Source of the DNA: Dehalococcoidia bacterium
Lineage (GTDB): Bacteria; Chloroflexota; Dehalococcoidia; Lucifugimonadales; UBA3495
Length of the DNA: 64,000 nucleotides
Reading direction: 5' to 3'
NCBI GenBank assembly: GCA_965219395.1
Contig: CBDCNN010000002.1
Location: 2,247,547-2,311,546, forward strand
Below the pieces are notes generated by a model. That model saw only the letters and a list, made by a program, of their open reading frames with translations. It was not told the origin of the DNA and ran no database searches. The translations under genes and the position numbers were made by a program. This document shows positions 1-9,479 of the stretch, in pieces (position 1 is the first letter of the stretch; every line of letters starts with the position of its first letter).

Positions 1-1
1 T

Positions 2-574
2 CAGGCAAGCGGCGATAAGGTCCAGGGCCACCAGCACTATGAAAGCGCCGGTGTACCCGTAGAAGGCAATCAGCAGCCCCCCGGCCAATGGGCCCAGAAT
101 CCTGCCTCCGTTGTTAGTCATTGTTTCAAGGGACATGGCGTGGGCGATTCGAGCTTCCCCTGCCAGGTCGAAAAGCGCCGCCCGCCGGGCCGGGTCGTCC
201 AGAACCTTGGCCGTGCCCTGCAAGAGTATGGCGAGGAAAACAAACCAGGGATGAATGAGGCCCAGAATCAAGAGCGTCAGCAGCCCCGACGCGACAAGCA
301 AATAGAAGGTGTGGATTCCGGCCAGAATCCGCCACCGGTCCAAGCGGTCGGCCAGCATTCCTCCTACCAGCGACAGAGGCGGGCGCGGGCCGTTCAGGAA
401 GACGGAAATGAGGCTGACTTGAAAGACCGAGTCAGTTAGTTCGTAAATGAGGTATCCCAGAACCAGCAGTTCCATGCGGCGGGAGATTTCGTGAACCCAC
501 CGCGCCGCCCACATCAGGCGGAAATCGGGGTTTTGCAGGACCACCAGAACAGGAATGTTGGAAAGTGGAGCCAA
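2..574 (-). CDS. MFS-type transporter, C-terminal part beyond window start; 5' end abuts IS630-family copy A1
   Basis: Hand translation of the minus frame gives ...LQNPDFRLMWAARWVHEISRRMELLVLGYLIYELTDSVFQVSLISVF...MTNNGGRILGPLAGGLLIAFYGYTGAFIVLVALDLIAAC (hydrophobic helices, MFS-like N-terminus). Frame is open up to 595. Possible starts TTG 574, GTG 544, ATG 514. Absent from ORF track because it runs off the edge. Confidence 0.6.
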   Translation of the reverse strand, partial: MAPLSNIPVLVVLQNPDFRLMWAARWVHEISRRMELLVLGYLIYELTDSVFQVSLISVFLNGPRPPLSLVGGMLADRLDRWRILAGIHTFYLLVASGLLTLLILGLIHPWFVFLAILLQGTAKVLDDPARRAALFDLAGEARIAHAMSLETMTNNGGRILGPLAGGLLIAFYGYTGAFIVLVALDLIAACL

Positions 575-595
575 AGGGGTTCCCCTAGTAGTCCC

Positions 596-1343
596 TCACC
601 TTTGTATTGATGGGTATAGGGACTTGAGCTTGATTCGGGCGTCCCCGGTGGTGAAGCGCCAGTCGACCCGAATCCCCTCCCGGTTCCGTTGCCCCTGCCA
701 TGCTCCTGTTTCCTGCCTCAGGACCTCCTGGCTGGGAATCCGCCGGTCCAGGCACTGCCGCGCCAGCACCCCCAGTTCTATCTCCGCTATATTCAGCCAA
801 CTCCCGTGCTTCGGCGTGTAGTGTATCTCCAGCCGTTCCGCAATGCGCCTCGCCTCGGCAGGCTCGAAGGCCTCGTACAGCGACGCCGGGTGATGGGTGT
901 TCAGATTATCCATCACCAGTACTATCCGCTCCTTGCCGGGATAGTCCTCATCCACCAGTTGCCGCACCACCCGGGCCCAGTCGGTCCTGGTGCGCCGGTC
1001 CGTGACCTCCACTCGCCGCCACCCCTCCAGGGGCGCAAACAGCATGAACAGGTTGCTCACCCCGTTGCGCTGGTACTCGTAATGGTAGCATGCCGGCGCC
1101 CCGGGCCGGGCTGACTGGGGTTGGCGAGTCTCCTGCACCAGTTCTTGCTGGTCTCGTCTAAGCAAACCAGGACCTCATTGTCCCGGTATTGGCGGTGGTA
1201 GACCTCCAGCACGTCCTCCATGGCACAGACGAACTCGGCACAGACGAACTCGGCATTGGCCTTGGGCGGGATGCACCAACATTCCTTCAGCCAAGGCTTG
1301 AGTTCGTTTTTTTCAGTGTCCGGCGCACTGTCTCAGGGCTGAT
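596..1343 (-). pseudogene. IS630-family transposase, DDE-containing 3' part of A1 (frameshifted)
   Basis: ORF 596-1165 contains ...VLVMDNLNTHH...HYTPKHGSWLNIAEIELG. 1166-1343 continues upstream as SISPETVRRTLKK / NELKPWLKECWCIPPKANAEF in other frames. A7 run (T7 on plus, 1307-1313) at the OrfA/OrfB junction. Extra frameshift near 1150-1165. 15-bp tandem duplication at 1224-1253. Confidence 0.8.
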
Positions 1344-1364
1344 GCTATGGACTAACTGAAACTG

Positions 1365-2753
1365 TTACGCCGTCACCAGGTCTGACCGGTGGGGCCTGTC
1401 CAAGGTCTGGACATCGGTAATGGGCACCAACTGGTAGCCCAGTTGTGCCGCCCGGCGCCGGGCGGCGTGCAATGCCCTTTGGCGATAATGATGCTCATAG
1501 TACTCCGCGCCGGCGTCCACGTACCGGTGTCCGTAGCGCAGCATGGAGTAGATGATCCGGGCCAGCTTGTGGGCCGTGGCAGTGATGGCCTTGGGCGCTC
1601 CCAGGTGGGCTTTCTTCCGGCGCAGGAATGCGCCCAGGGCACTGTCGGAGCGGTGCAGCGCGTTGGCCGCCAGACGCAGCGCCGCCGCCGCACGGTTGGC
1701 GCTGGCCTTGGTCTTTGAGCTGATTACTTTCCCGCCGGTGATGCGGTTGTTGGGGCTCAGCCCCAGCCAGGAGGCGAAGTGCTTGGCGTTGGGCCAGCGG
1801 GTCATGTCCGTCCCCACCTCGCTGATCACCTTCAGCGCCGTGTAGGAGTCCACCCCGTCAATCCTGGTCAGGTCCACTCCGGTCATCCGGTACAGCTGGC
1901 CCTGGACGTCGAAGCGCGGAGCGTTCTTCTGATTGCGCCTCTTGCCGTTGGGAGCCGGAGGTTCGCCGTCGCTGCGGTCCTCAAACCGCTCCAGCTGGGC
2001 TTCAATCTCCTGGTCGCACTCGGCGATCTTGGCCTGATAGGTCCGGTACAGCTCCAGAGCCTGGGCCAGCTCGAAGAGGTGCTCCTTCCGCCAGTGCCCC
2101 TGTAGCGACCTCGCGATGGTCCTCTCGTCGGACTTGGTCCTGGGATCGCGCAGCCGGGCAAGTCTGCGGGGACTCCTCTCGCCCTGCACTATGGCCTCGA
2201 TGATGTCCATGCCGGTCTTGCCCGTGATGTCCCTGATCACGTGCTGCAGCTTCACGTTCATCTGCGTCAGCGCCTTCTGCATGTGCTGCACGTGCCGGGC
2301 GGCATGCTCCACCAGCATGGCCCGCTGCCTCAGGTAGCTGCGCAGCCGCCGGATCTCATCCTCCGGACGGAAGGCTCCCGACAGCAGTCCGTAGGTGTGC
2401 AGCTGCTGTAGCCACTGGCAGTCCAGCACGTCCGTTTTCCGGCCGGGCACGTTCTTGATGCGCCTGGGGTCCACCAGCATCACCTCAAACCCCCGTTCCT
2501 CCAACACCCCGAACAGCGGTATCCAGTACACGCCGGTGGACTCCATGGCCACCGTCTTCACCCCGCACTCGGCCAGCCAGTCGGCCAAGCGGTACAGGTC
2601 GGCGGTGAAGGCCTCAAACTCCTGCACCGGCTGTTCTGTCCGGTCGGCAGGAACCGCCACGAAATGGCTGCTGGCGCCCACGTCAATGCCTGCCGCGTTG
2701 AGGTTCAGCTGGGACAGTCCCGCCGGTTCTGCACCGCTCTTGCCTCTGCTCAT
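1365..2753 (-). CDS. IS110-family recombinase/transposase (DEDD RuvC-like N-domain plus C-terminal Tnp domain)
   Basis: Motifs AGIDVGASSHFVAV, VAMESTGVYWIPLF, GRKTDVLDCQWL, then ...GVDSYTALKVISEVGTDMTRWPNAKHFASWLGLSPNN.... GGAGG lies 5 nt upstream of ATG 2753. The ORF-track start at 2945 is probably a non-coding read-through. Confidence 0.85.
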   Translation of the reverse strand: MSRGKSGAEPAGLSQLNLNAAGIDVGASSHFVAVPADRTEQPVQEFEAFTADLYRLADWLAECGVKTVAMESTGVYWIPLFGVLEERGFEVMLVDPRRIKNVPGRKTDVLDCQWLQQLHTYGLLSGAFRPEDEIRRLRSYLRQRAMLVEHAARHVQHMQKALTQMNVKLQHVIRDITGKTGMDIIEAIVQGERSPRRLARLRDPRTKSDERTIARSLQGHWRKEHLFELAQALELYRTYQAKIAECDQEIEAQLERFEDRSDGEPPAPNGKRRNQKNAPRFDVQGQLYRMTGVDLTRIDGVDSYTALKVISEVGTDMTRWPNAKHFASWLGLSPNNRITGGKVISSKTKASANRAAAALRLAANALHRSDSALGAFLRRKKAHLGAPKAITATAHKLARIIYSMLRYGHRYVDAGAEYYEHHYRQRALHAARRRAAQLGYQLVPITDVQTLDRPHRSDLVTA

Positions 2754-3014
2754 CACCGCCTCCAAGATTGCCTTGTAAGGCGCGTCGCCGGAGGGAGCCA
2801 ACAACGTCGAACAATCTATGGAACGGGATCGCCCCGGCTGGGGCGTCACCAATGATGCCGTCGCAAGGCTCCCGGACCATGCTGTCCATCGGGTAATATC
2901 CACCAGTGCATCACCGGTCTCTGTCCAGGCGACACGCCTCGCCATAGAGTATACATTCCTGGGTGGACTCCCCAGTTAGTCGCCTCTGCCCGGCCCGGAC
3001 ACGGGCGTAACTCT
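2754..3014 (-). ncRNA. candidate bridge (guide) RNA region in the 5' leader of IS110 copy 1
   Basis: 261 nt between element edge and RBS/ATG. Same stem-loops and target-like decamer as copy 2 (see finding). Structural inference only. Confidence 0.35.
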
Positions 3015-3425
3015 GCTCTCCACTATCTCACATTGCACCAGCCGGTCAGCCAGCAGTTGCAGCGTCCAACCGGCACGGCCCTCCGGCGGTTCGCTACAGG
3101 CGAGGTGGGTCAGGTGGGCCTCTCCCTGGCCGTCCAGCTTCCTCGGGCGGCGGTTGACCTGCTCCCTGCGTCCCAAGGCTGCCTCAACACCCTCCTCCAC
3201 GCACCGGCGGCGCACCCGCTCCACCGTGGCGGTGCCCACCCTCAGGGCCCGGGCTATTTCCTCATCCCTCATCGCACCGTCTGCCTGATTCTCATCGCTG
3301 AGCAGCATAATGCGGGCGTGGGTCTGTTTATATGCTGCCGCCCGCCCCCGGGACACCAGTCCCTTCAGTTTCTGTTGCTCCTCCCCACTCAGCCTGACCC
3401 GGTACCTCTTCGCTGGCATCCTCAT
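2976..3425 (-). pseudogene. IS630-family OrfA (HTH part) of A1; native part 3015-3425, last codons read into the IS110 insert
   Basis: MRMPAKRYRVRLSGEEQQKLKGLVSRGRAAAYKQTHARIMLLSDENQ...GWTLQLLADRLVQCEIVES, then unrelated RVTPVSGPGRGD derived from the insert. Confidence 0.8.
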
Positions 3426-3520
3426 CCTCCCAACATCACCTTACCCACTGACGTATCTTCGCTTGACGTATCTTGGCGACCCTATGGCCAATTATCCATC
3501 ATTCTAAAGCTGTTGCACTA

Positions 3521-4683
3521 CTAAACCAAAGCCAAGGTGGGATGTGCATATGGCTGGTGATGGGGACCTGGATTGGGGTTACGCAGGAACTCCTCTGCCC
3601 TTGATTGCAGGATGGTCCGGCAGCGGCGCTTGACCTCCTCTTTCCGCCCGGCCAGCGCCTCCAAGAAGTTGCCGACTTTCTCCTGCACCAGGGCTTTGGT
3701 CCCCAGGCACAGGTTTCCGGTGGCCTCCTCTCGCGCCCAGCCCCAGATGGCCTCATCAGCGTTGAAATCCGGGCTGTAGCCTGGCAGGTTCACCAGACGC
3801 AGGTTCAGTCCCGGCGTCCGGAGATATTCCCTCACCGCCTCGCCGCGGTGGGCCGGGGCATTGTCCCAGATCACGTTCAGCCTCTCGGTGTGCCGCTCCC
3901 GCAAGTGCCCCAAGAAGGCTGCCGACGTTCCTGAGTTGCTGTTCCCTTCCAGTTCCATCCATTCCACCTCACCGGTCTCCAAGCACACCGCCGAATAGTA
4001 ACTGGCCTTCTCTCCGTACCTCGGACTGCTGGAATCCACCAATGCCGACTCTCCCCTAAGCACCCACTTGCCCCGCAACTCGGCGTCGGCTCGAAAGTGG
4101 GCCTCGTCGGCAAAGAATGTCTTGGCTTTGCTTTGACACGCCTCCTCCATCAGGGCCGCGTACTCCGCCACGAAGGACTCCCGCCTGACCTCATCCGCCT
4201 TGAGCAGCCGTTTCTTGGGACGCTTGAAGGCGAAGCCCAGCCGGTGCAGCCAGTTCAGACAACTGCTACGGCTCAGGCTGATGCCGCGCCGTTCCCAGAC
4301 AAACCGGTTCACCACCCTCCAGTTCCAGTTGGCCATTTCAATACCCGCCGCCCCTGGCAACTCCTGCACCGCCCCTGTCAGCGCCGCCTGCTCCGCCTCG
4401 CCGAGGGCGGGGGGGAACCTCCGGTCTGCTCGAATATCAGGGCCTCCGGACCGCCCTCCCCGAAGGCAGCGGCCCACCGGCCTATGGTGTGGGGGTCCCG
4501 TCCCAGTGCCTCCGCCGTGGACGATGCCGTCCAGCCTTGCGCCAGCAGCCAGACGGCGTGCCAGCGTTCACGCTCCCTTGGCGTGGGCGCCAGAATCATC
4601 CGCCGGTGCAGGTCCCTTGTATCCATCTCCCACTGCTCAAGAAACCGGTCAATCTCCCTCACACTCATCACCAACCCCCACAA
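3521..4683 (-). CDS. IS630-family transposase OrfAB of B1 (orfA 4378-4683, orfB 3521 to about 4420, -1 frameshift)
   Basis: OrfA HTH ...RERERWHAVWLLAQGWTASSTAEALGRDPHTIGRWAAAFGEGGPEALIFEQTGG. OrfB ...FFADEAHFRADAELRGKWV...VIWDNAPAHRGEAV...LPGYSPDFNADEAIW (DDE). Frames overlap at a C7 run (G7 on plus, 4409-4415) that is conserved in all three B copies. Confidence 0.85.
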
Positions 4684-4757
4684 CTCCTGAGACCAGTTAA
4701 TCCAGTTACCTCACAAATCTACCCTATGTGTCTGCACATTTCACCTTGGCTTTGGTT
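3524..4757 (-). mobile_element. IS630-family element, copy B1 (1234 bp)
   Basis: Perfect 16-bp terminal inverted repeats AACCAAAGCCAAGGTG (3524-3539) / CACCTTGGCTTTGGTT (4742-4757), flanked by TA (3522-3523, 4758-4759). Confidence 0.9.
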
Positions 4758-5247
4758 TAGAGGCCTCCACTGTCTGCCTGACGATGGCGCGGAAGCGGAA
4801 CGAAGACCGTAGAACAGGCCACGGTCTTGCATTAGACCGGTAGTCTAGCGGGTTGAATAATTCCCAGAAGCGGAGGAGCCGTGAGGCCCAGTGTAAGCCC
4901 ACAACGGGCGTGCCGGTGCCCGCACAGGAATCGACTGTCCACCCTTCTCCAGAAGAGAGCGACATGGACATCCTGCCGGTGGAGGCAGCCAAGGAAACAC
5001 TCAGGCGACGCATCTGCTTTATTTCGTACAGTTTGCTATGACCAACTTCGCCGACAAAACGATATGGATCGGGGACAACGCGGTCCCAACAAAGGAGCGG
5101 GCCGGTAGGCACTTCACTGGTGCCCGTTTTCCCGGAAACGCCGTGGCGATCGTCTCTGGTAATATTAGGGCCTCAATGGCAGTGCAGTGGCGAACGCTGC
5201 TCGAAAAGATTGACCGACGCACTCCCAGATAGAGCCGCGCTGCCACG

Positions 5248-5967
5248 GTGACGTTTTATATTTCAGTACAAGCAACTGAGGTAGAATTGGCGGAGGAAAG
5301 CACGAAAGAATTCGGTATCTGGGTTCACCAAGAAAGTACGATCATCACCGCCCAGTCTCATGACACTTGGAGCTTCACGCCCGAGTTCTTGGCTGGTGAT
5401 GTCGCACCTGAGGAGTGGAATTGCCGAAAGGCTACTCGCACGGGAGATACCGTAGAGATAGAACATGGTCCGATTGCCTGGCGAATGACACCGTCTGAAC
5501 TCTGGATTACCCTAGAGCCGGACCTGCCCCTCGAGGAATATCGGAACCAAATTAGCGAGCAAGCCGTAACACCTGCGCTCGCACATAATTTCTTGCTTTT
5601 CTCACGGTATACACCCGTTCGCCGGATGTGGTTCTACTGGAAATTCTCATCCCTAAACCCCAACTCGCGTCAATGGATGCTGATGAGATTCCTATCCAAC
5701 GAGCCGCCGACTGAACTAGGCTCGCTGGGAATTCAACCAAGGGTGACATTCCGCCTAGGTGAGTTGAACGTCCAAGTCACGGTCAGGAACGATGCTGTTG
5801 AGCGCCTGGACGAAACATTTGACGACGCGATCATATTCGAATGTTTCGTCAGTCGCATCGGAGAATTTACGGTTGACGAAATGACCCAAGACACCGGCCG
5901 CATAGTAGAACAGTTTGCTATAGTGGAAAAGACCATCGACTATCTGCTGGTGGGAGAGAGCAATTAA
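5248..5967 (+). CDS. hypothetical protein (first gene of lower-GC three-gene cassette)
   Basis: 239-codon ORF with GTG start. Visibly lower GC than surroundings. Stop overlaps the next start (TAATG at 5965-5969). No family recognised with confidence. Confidence 0.55.
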   Translation: MTFYISVQATEVELAEESTKEFGIWVHQESTIITAQSHDTWSFTPEFLAGDVAPEEWNCRKATRTGDTVEIEHGPIAWRMTPSELWITLEPDLPLEEYRNQISEQAVTPALAHNFLLFSRYTPVRRMWFYWKFSSLNPNSRQWMLMRFLSNEPPTELGSLGIQPRVTFRLGELNVQVTVRNDAVERLDETFDDAIIFECFVSRIGEFTVDEMTQDTGRIVEQFAIVEKTIDYLLVGESN

Positions 5968-6749
5968 TGACAATGGTAAATCCGGGACCGGCAAGGAGAA
6001 GAGAGGACGCTCCCCGAAGGACGCCAAGGAAGCGACAGCCCCGTTACGGCGGTTATGGAAGTTACGGCGTGCCTCAAACGCTGCTCTCTGGCTCAAGGTT
6101 CCACCGGGTTTCCGAACAGCAGGCCGAGATGACGACTCCCCAACTGGAGGGGATACTCACTCCGAAACCTCCTGGCCTCCAGTTGGAATCCCCTGAAAAT
6201 CAGGTTTCTACGAACGTGGAGCCGCATCCCTCATCGGAGGCGATTCTCACTCAAATCGAATCCACACGGGTCTTTGTAAGCCACGTTAGAGAAACAGGGA
6301 AGGAGAGAATATCCAAGTTGCTTGATTTGGTCAAATATCTTGGAAATGAAGACGTTCAAGACCCTCCTTTGCCAATTGAAGAGGATCGGTTCCCCGCCGA
6401 CGATCTCATAGACGAGTGGTTCGGAGGACTGGAAGCTGACGCGGAAAGTGCTGGCAACCCTGTACCTTCGCAGGGGGTCGTAGACGAAGCAAAACGGATT
6501 GTTCTGGGACTTCGCCGATTTTTGCCAACTGATACCGATGTACACACGTGGGACGACGGTGAAGTGGCAGTTGAGGTATTCGGTGTGAGGGGTCGTGGTT
6601 TCTTATTGTTGTGCGAACCCGGAGGCAGCGCTCTTTGCGTCGTGACAATCGACAATGTAGCGAGAAGATCTCGCTACGAAAGTAGTTCCAGAGATTTACC
6701 TGACGGCTTCTTGAAGGAGGGATTGCGGGCAGTCCTTTCATTGGCCTAG
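5967..6749 (+). CDS. hypothetical protein, acidic middle region (start may be the internal ATG near 6131)
   Basis: 260-codon ORF translationally coupled to the upstream gene. The N-terminal 50 aa are Arg/Pro-rich and may be untranslated. Confidence 0.5.
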   Translation: MTMVNPGPARRREDAPRRTPRKRQPRYGGYGSYGVPQTLLSGSRFHRVSEQQAEMTTPQLEGILTPKPPGLQLESPENQVSTNVEPHPSSEAILTQIESTRVFVSHVRETGKERISKLLDLVKYLGNEDVQDPPLPIEEDRFPADDLIDEWFGGLEADAESAGNPVPSQGVVDEAKRIVLGLRRFLPTDTDVHTWDDGEVAVEVFGVRGRGFLLLCEPGGSALCVVTIDNVARRSRYESSSRDLPDGFLKEGLRAVLSLA

Positions 6750-6774
6750 GGAGCGATCGTGCTGTAGAACTCGC

Positions 6775-7239
6775 ATGGGAAGGTACGTGTCGGGAAGGTA
6801 TGTGTTCGATGACTTCGAACCGTTGGGGCGAGGCTGTTTCGACCAAAGCAATGCTCGAAAGAGGAGAGCGGGGGCCAGGTTCATTCGAAGCGCTCTCTCC
6901 GCCGGAGAAATGTCAATCGACGAACTCCTTCACGCCGACCCGCGGCACTTGGCCTACATCCACGAAATTGAAGGAAGACTTCGTACTCAGCCTCAGAGAT
7001 TTCACGGATGGTATGTGTTCAGAGTCGCGGCAGCCATTTGTAACAGCAGTTTTGTCAGGCACGATCCCACTTTGAGCAATCCATGGCACGCGGTCGTAGT
7101 CTTCAAGGACGCCATCGACGATAAAGATGCATTAGCGGCGCTCGCTGCAAAAATCGCGGCCGACACGGAATGGCAAGACCGGCCTCTCGGATCTTCCGAT
7201 GAGGAATTCCTCAATCGAGTGGCGCAAGGTTTGGAATGA
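6775..7239 (+). CDS. hypothetical protein
   Basis: 154-codon ORF, same strand and GC character as the two upstream genes. Followed by a hairpin. Confidence 0.5.
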   Translation: MGRYVSGRYVFDDFEPLGRGCFDQSNARKRRAGARFIRSALSAGEMSIDELLHADPRHLAYIHEIEGRLRTQPQRFHGWYVFRVAAAICNSSFVRHDPTLSNPWHAVVVFKDAIDDKDALAALAAKIAADTEWQDRPLGSSDEEFLNRVAQGLE

Positions 7240-7257
7240 TGGCAGCGTAGCTTGAGG

Positions 7258-7291
7258 ACAGCAGGCGGGTTTCTCTGCGGAAGCCTGCTGT
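7258..7291 (+). terminator. stem-loop downstream of the cassette (9-bp stem ACAGCAGGC/GCCTGCTGT, 16-nt loop), no U-tract
   Basis: Read directly from sequence, 19 nt after the stop at 7239. Confidence 0.3.
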
Positions 7292-7529
7292 AGGCGGTCG
7301 GCGCTGAGGCACCTCGGCTACTCGTTATATCTAGAAGCTCTATTCCCGATCCACACTGGTCATGGTGGTCAACTGATCGACGATCCGTACCGTCTCCACG
7401 CTCACCTTACCACCCTTTGCAGTAGCTCAATCACCCTCTCCTTGTGGTCGGCGAAGCGATAGGTGTTGAATATGGCGGCTATGGTGGGGTCGCGGGGTTT
7501 GCGCTCCTTGTACTGGTCCAGTACTCACT

Positions 7530-7700
7530 CCAATGCGGACCGGGGTCTTCGGGTCGGAACGGCTCACCGGCGCGCTGCTGGATCGTCTCACCCACCACGT
7601 GCACATCGTGGAGATGAACCGCGAGAGCTACCGTCTCAAGGGCAGCCGTCAGGACGCTGCTGCATCGTCGCCAATGTCGAACCGGTCGGGTGCCGATTAG
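7530..7700 (+). pseudogene. istB: IS21-family IstB helper, C-terminal fragment
   Basis: Hand translation ...VFGSERLTGALLDRLTHHVHIVEMNRESYRLKGSRQDA...*. Followed (7800-7850) by a diverged copy of the IS21-type terminal repeats. Confidence 0.6.
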
Positions 7701-7878
7701 CGTCCCGCGGACGCCAACGCCGGCCCCTCCGTCAAGGCGAGACCCCCCAACCCACCGGCCAGGCAGCGGCCGCGGCCGTCAGGCGCCACCTATTAGGTAC
7801 GGCATTCCACTGCCTCAGTGGTACAGTTTTACTCTCCCCTTGATGTCGAAGGCCAGCAAAAATGTCGGGTCAATTGTT

Positions 7879-9461
7879 CAGCATAAATGTGACTCTGTTA
7901 TGCCGCCACTGTATCAGATGTTGAAGCAGTGAGAGTCGGCTGGGACCTCCGCCCTGGGGGACCGTCGGCATCCATGTATTTCTTGATGGTGGCTCTGTGG
8001 ATCCCCAATTCCCTCTGGATCGCCCGCAACGACATCCCCTTGCGCCTGGCTTTCTGAATCGCCATCCACCTCTCCTTCTGCAGGAGGGTTGGTTTGCGCG
8101 GAGAGACCGTTGCGGAGTTCGAGGTGGCAGGCCCACCGCCAGTCATATCCGCCTGATGTTCCTCATCCGCTGCCCTTGAGTCCAGTGGCTTGAGAGTCGC
8201 TGCCCAGCGCTGGCCCAAACCGTTGGCACCGGAGGGCGGGACAACAGGAGTCGCGGTACCTCCCTTTCCGTTGCGAAGGAATACCGGGCTGGGAGGCGCC
8301 TCCTGGGCGTTGATGATGCGTCCCTCGTGGCGCACTCTGAGCTGGCCGTCCAGTCCTTCCAGAACCTCCACAACCGCGCCGGCATAGCTGGGGCGTTCCG
8401 GCTCTGGCAGCAACTGTAGCGTATGCAGTTGGAACTTCACCGTATTGTCCTTGGCCACCTTCCTGCGGTGCTTGAAGCACAGGACCTGTTCCAGGCGCAG
8501 ACCCGTCTCCAAGGGCCGGTACGCGGACTCGGAGCATTGCGGGGGAACCCGGAAGCGCCGGTTGTATCTCGGCAGAAACTGCTCCAGCACGCCGTTGGCG
8601 TCGCCGATGCTGCTGGCACCTGCCAGACGGAGTTCGGTAACCAGCCGGTCCTGGAAAGTTCCTGCAGTTCGCTCCACGCGACCCTTTGCCTGGGGCGAGA
8701 GAGCGAATATCATCTGTATCCCCAGCTCGTCCATGGCCCGGCTGAACTGGGTCGCCGTTCCGGGAAGACCGGACCCCGGTGTGTGCCTGAAGACCCCGTG
8801 CCGGTCGACGTAGAGGGCCACAGGGATGCCAACGCTCTGCACCAGATCCTGGATCATCAGGAAATAGGTGTAGGCCTCCTCCTTCTCGCAGAATAGGGCG
8901 CCCGCCACTGTGCCGGTGGCGTCATCCACCGCGATCAGCAACGTGAACGGCGGAACTTGGTCCCCCAACCACGGGTGGTAGCTGCCGTCCATCTGGATCA
9001 ACATTCCCTGTTGGGGCATCCGCTGGCGGCGTACCCGGTGCTTGGGCGGACGCCTTCGCCGTGGACTCGTCAGCCCGGCGTCGACCAGGATACGTCTGAG
9101 CGTAGTCCTGCCGAGGTCAATTCCCTCGCGTTCGTTCAGCAACTCACTGAGATGGGTGTGGTTGGCCCCTGAGTACTTGGTGCGAGCCAAATGGACCACA
9201 CCGTACGCCACGGCCTTGGGAGTCGCATTGGGCGCTCCGCGACCTCTGTGGCCGTGGGCAACTGCGGCAGCTCCCGTCTCCCGGTAGGCCGCCAGAAGGC
9301 GCCTGGTGTGCCGGGTGCTGACACCCATCAGCGTGGCCGCCTGATCCAAGGTCATGTGCTCTGCCAGCAAGCTGTTAAGAACCTGTAGTCTCGTCTGTTC
9401 CTTGGGAGTCAACGTCACATTCTCCCACATTCTCCATGGAGTGAATGTGACATTTATGCTG
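7879..9461 (-). mobile_element. IS element with rve-type transposase (family uncertain, ISNCY/IS481-like)
   Basis: Terminal inverted repeats CAGCATAAATGTGAC (7879-7893) and GTGACATTTATGCTG (9447-9461), 14 of 15 matched. Single 510-aa ORF fills the element. Confidence 0.7.
7898..9430 (-). CDS. DDE (rve integrase-fold) transposase with N-terminal HTH
   Basis: N-terminus ...LTPKEQTRLQVLNSLLAEHMTLDQAATLMGVSTRHTRRLLAAYRETGAAAVAHGHRGR.... Core ...LIQMDGSYHPWLG...LIAVDDATG...ALYVDRHGVF...LSPQAKGRVERT. Confidence 0.75.
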   Translation of the reverse strand: MWENVTLTPKEQTRLQVLNSLLAEHMTLDQAATLMGVSTRHTRRLLAAYRETGAAAVAHGHRGRGAPNATPKAVAYGVVHLARTKYSGANHTHLSELLNEREGIDLGRTTLRRILVDAGLTSPRRRRPPKHRVRRQRMPQQGMLIQMDGSYHPWLGDQVPPFTLLIAVDDATGTVAGALFCEKEEAYTYFLMIQDLVQSVGIPVALYVDRHGVFRHTPGSGLPGTATQFSRAMDELGIQMIFALSPQAKGRVERTAGTFQDRLVTELRLAGASSIGDANGVLEQFLPRYNRRFRVPPQCSESAYRPLETGLRLEQVLCFKHRRKVAKDNTVKFQLHTLQLLPEPERPSYAGAVVEVLEGLDGQLRVRHEGRIINAQEAPPSPVFLRNGKGGTATPVVPPSGANGLGQRWAATLKPLDSRAADEEHQADMTGGGPATSNSATVSPRKPTLLQKERWMAIQKARRKGMSLRAIQRELGIHRATIKKYMDADGPPGRRSQPTLTASTSDTVAA

Positions 9462-9479
9462 GCCAGTTAGCGAGGACCT

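Larger units (their letters stand above)
1344..3014 (-). mobile_element. IS110-family element, copy 1 (1671 bp) inserted in IS630-A1
   Basis: Interrupts the IS630-A reading frame between ...CEIVES and ISPETV.... No terminal inverted repeats. Tetranucleotide AGCA is ambiguous at both junctions. Near-identical copy at 35822-37492. Confidence 0.85.
588..3521 (-). mobile_element. IS630-family element, copy A1 (degenerate, carries nested IS110-family element)
   Basis: Ends GTAGTCC... and ...GCACTAC, each flanked by TA (586-587, 3522-3523). HTH OrfA and DDE part lie on the minus strand. Homologous inverted copy at 35334-38277. Confidence 0.8.

Noticed and set aside
2754-2945. N-terminal 64 codons of the 526-aa IS110 ORF (and 35891-36082 in copy 2)
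   Set aside because: A GGAGG RBS precedes the internal ATG. The extension has no resemblance to IS110 N-termini, which start close to the GIDVG motif, and IS110-group elements carry a non-coding leader here.
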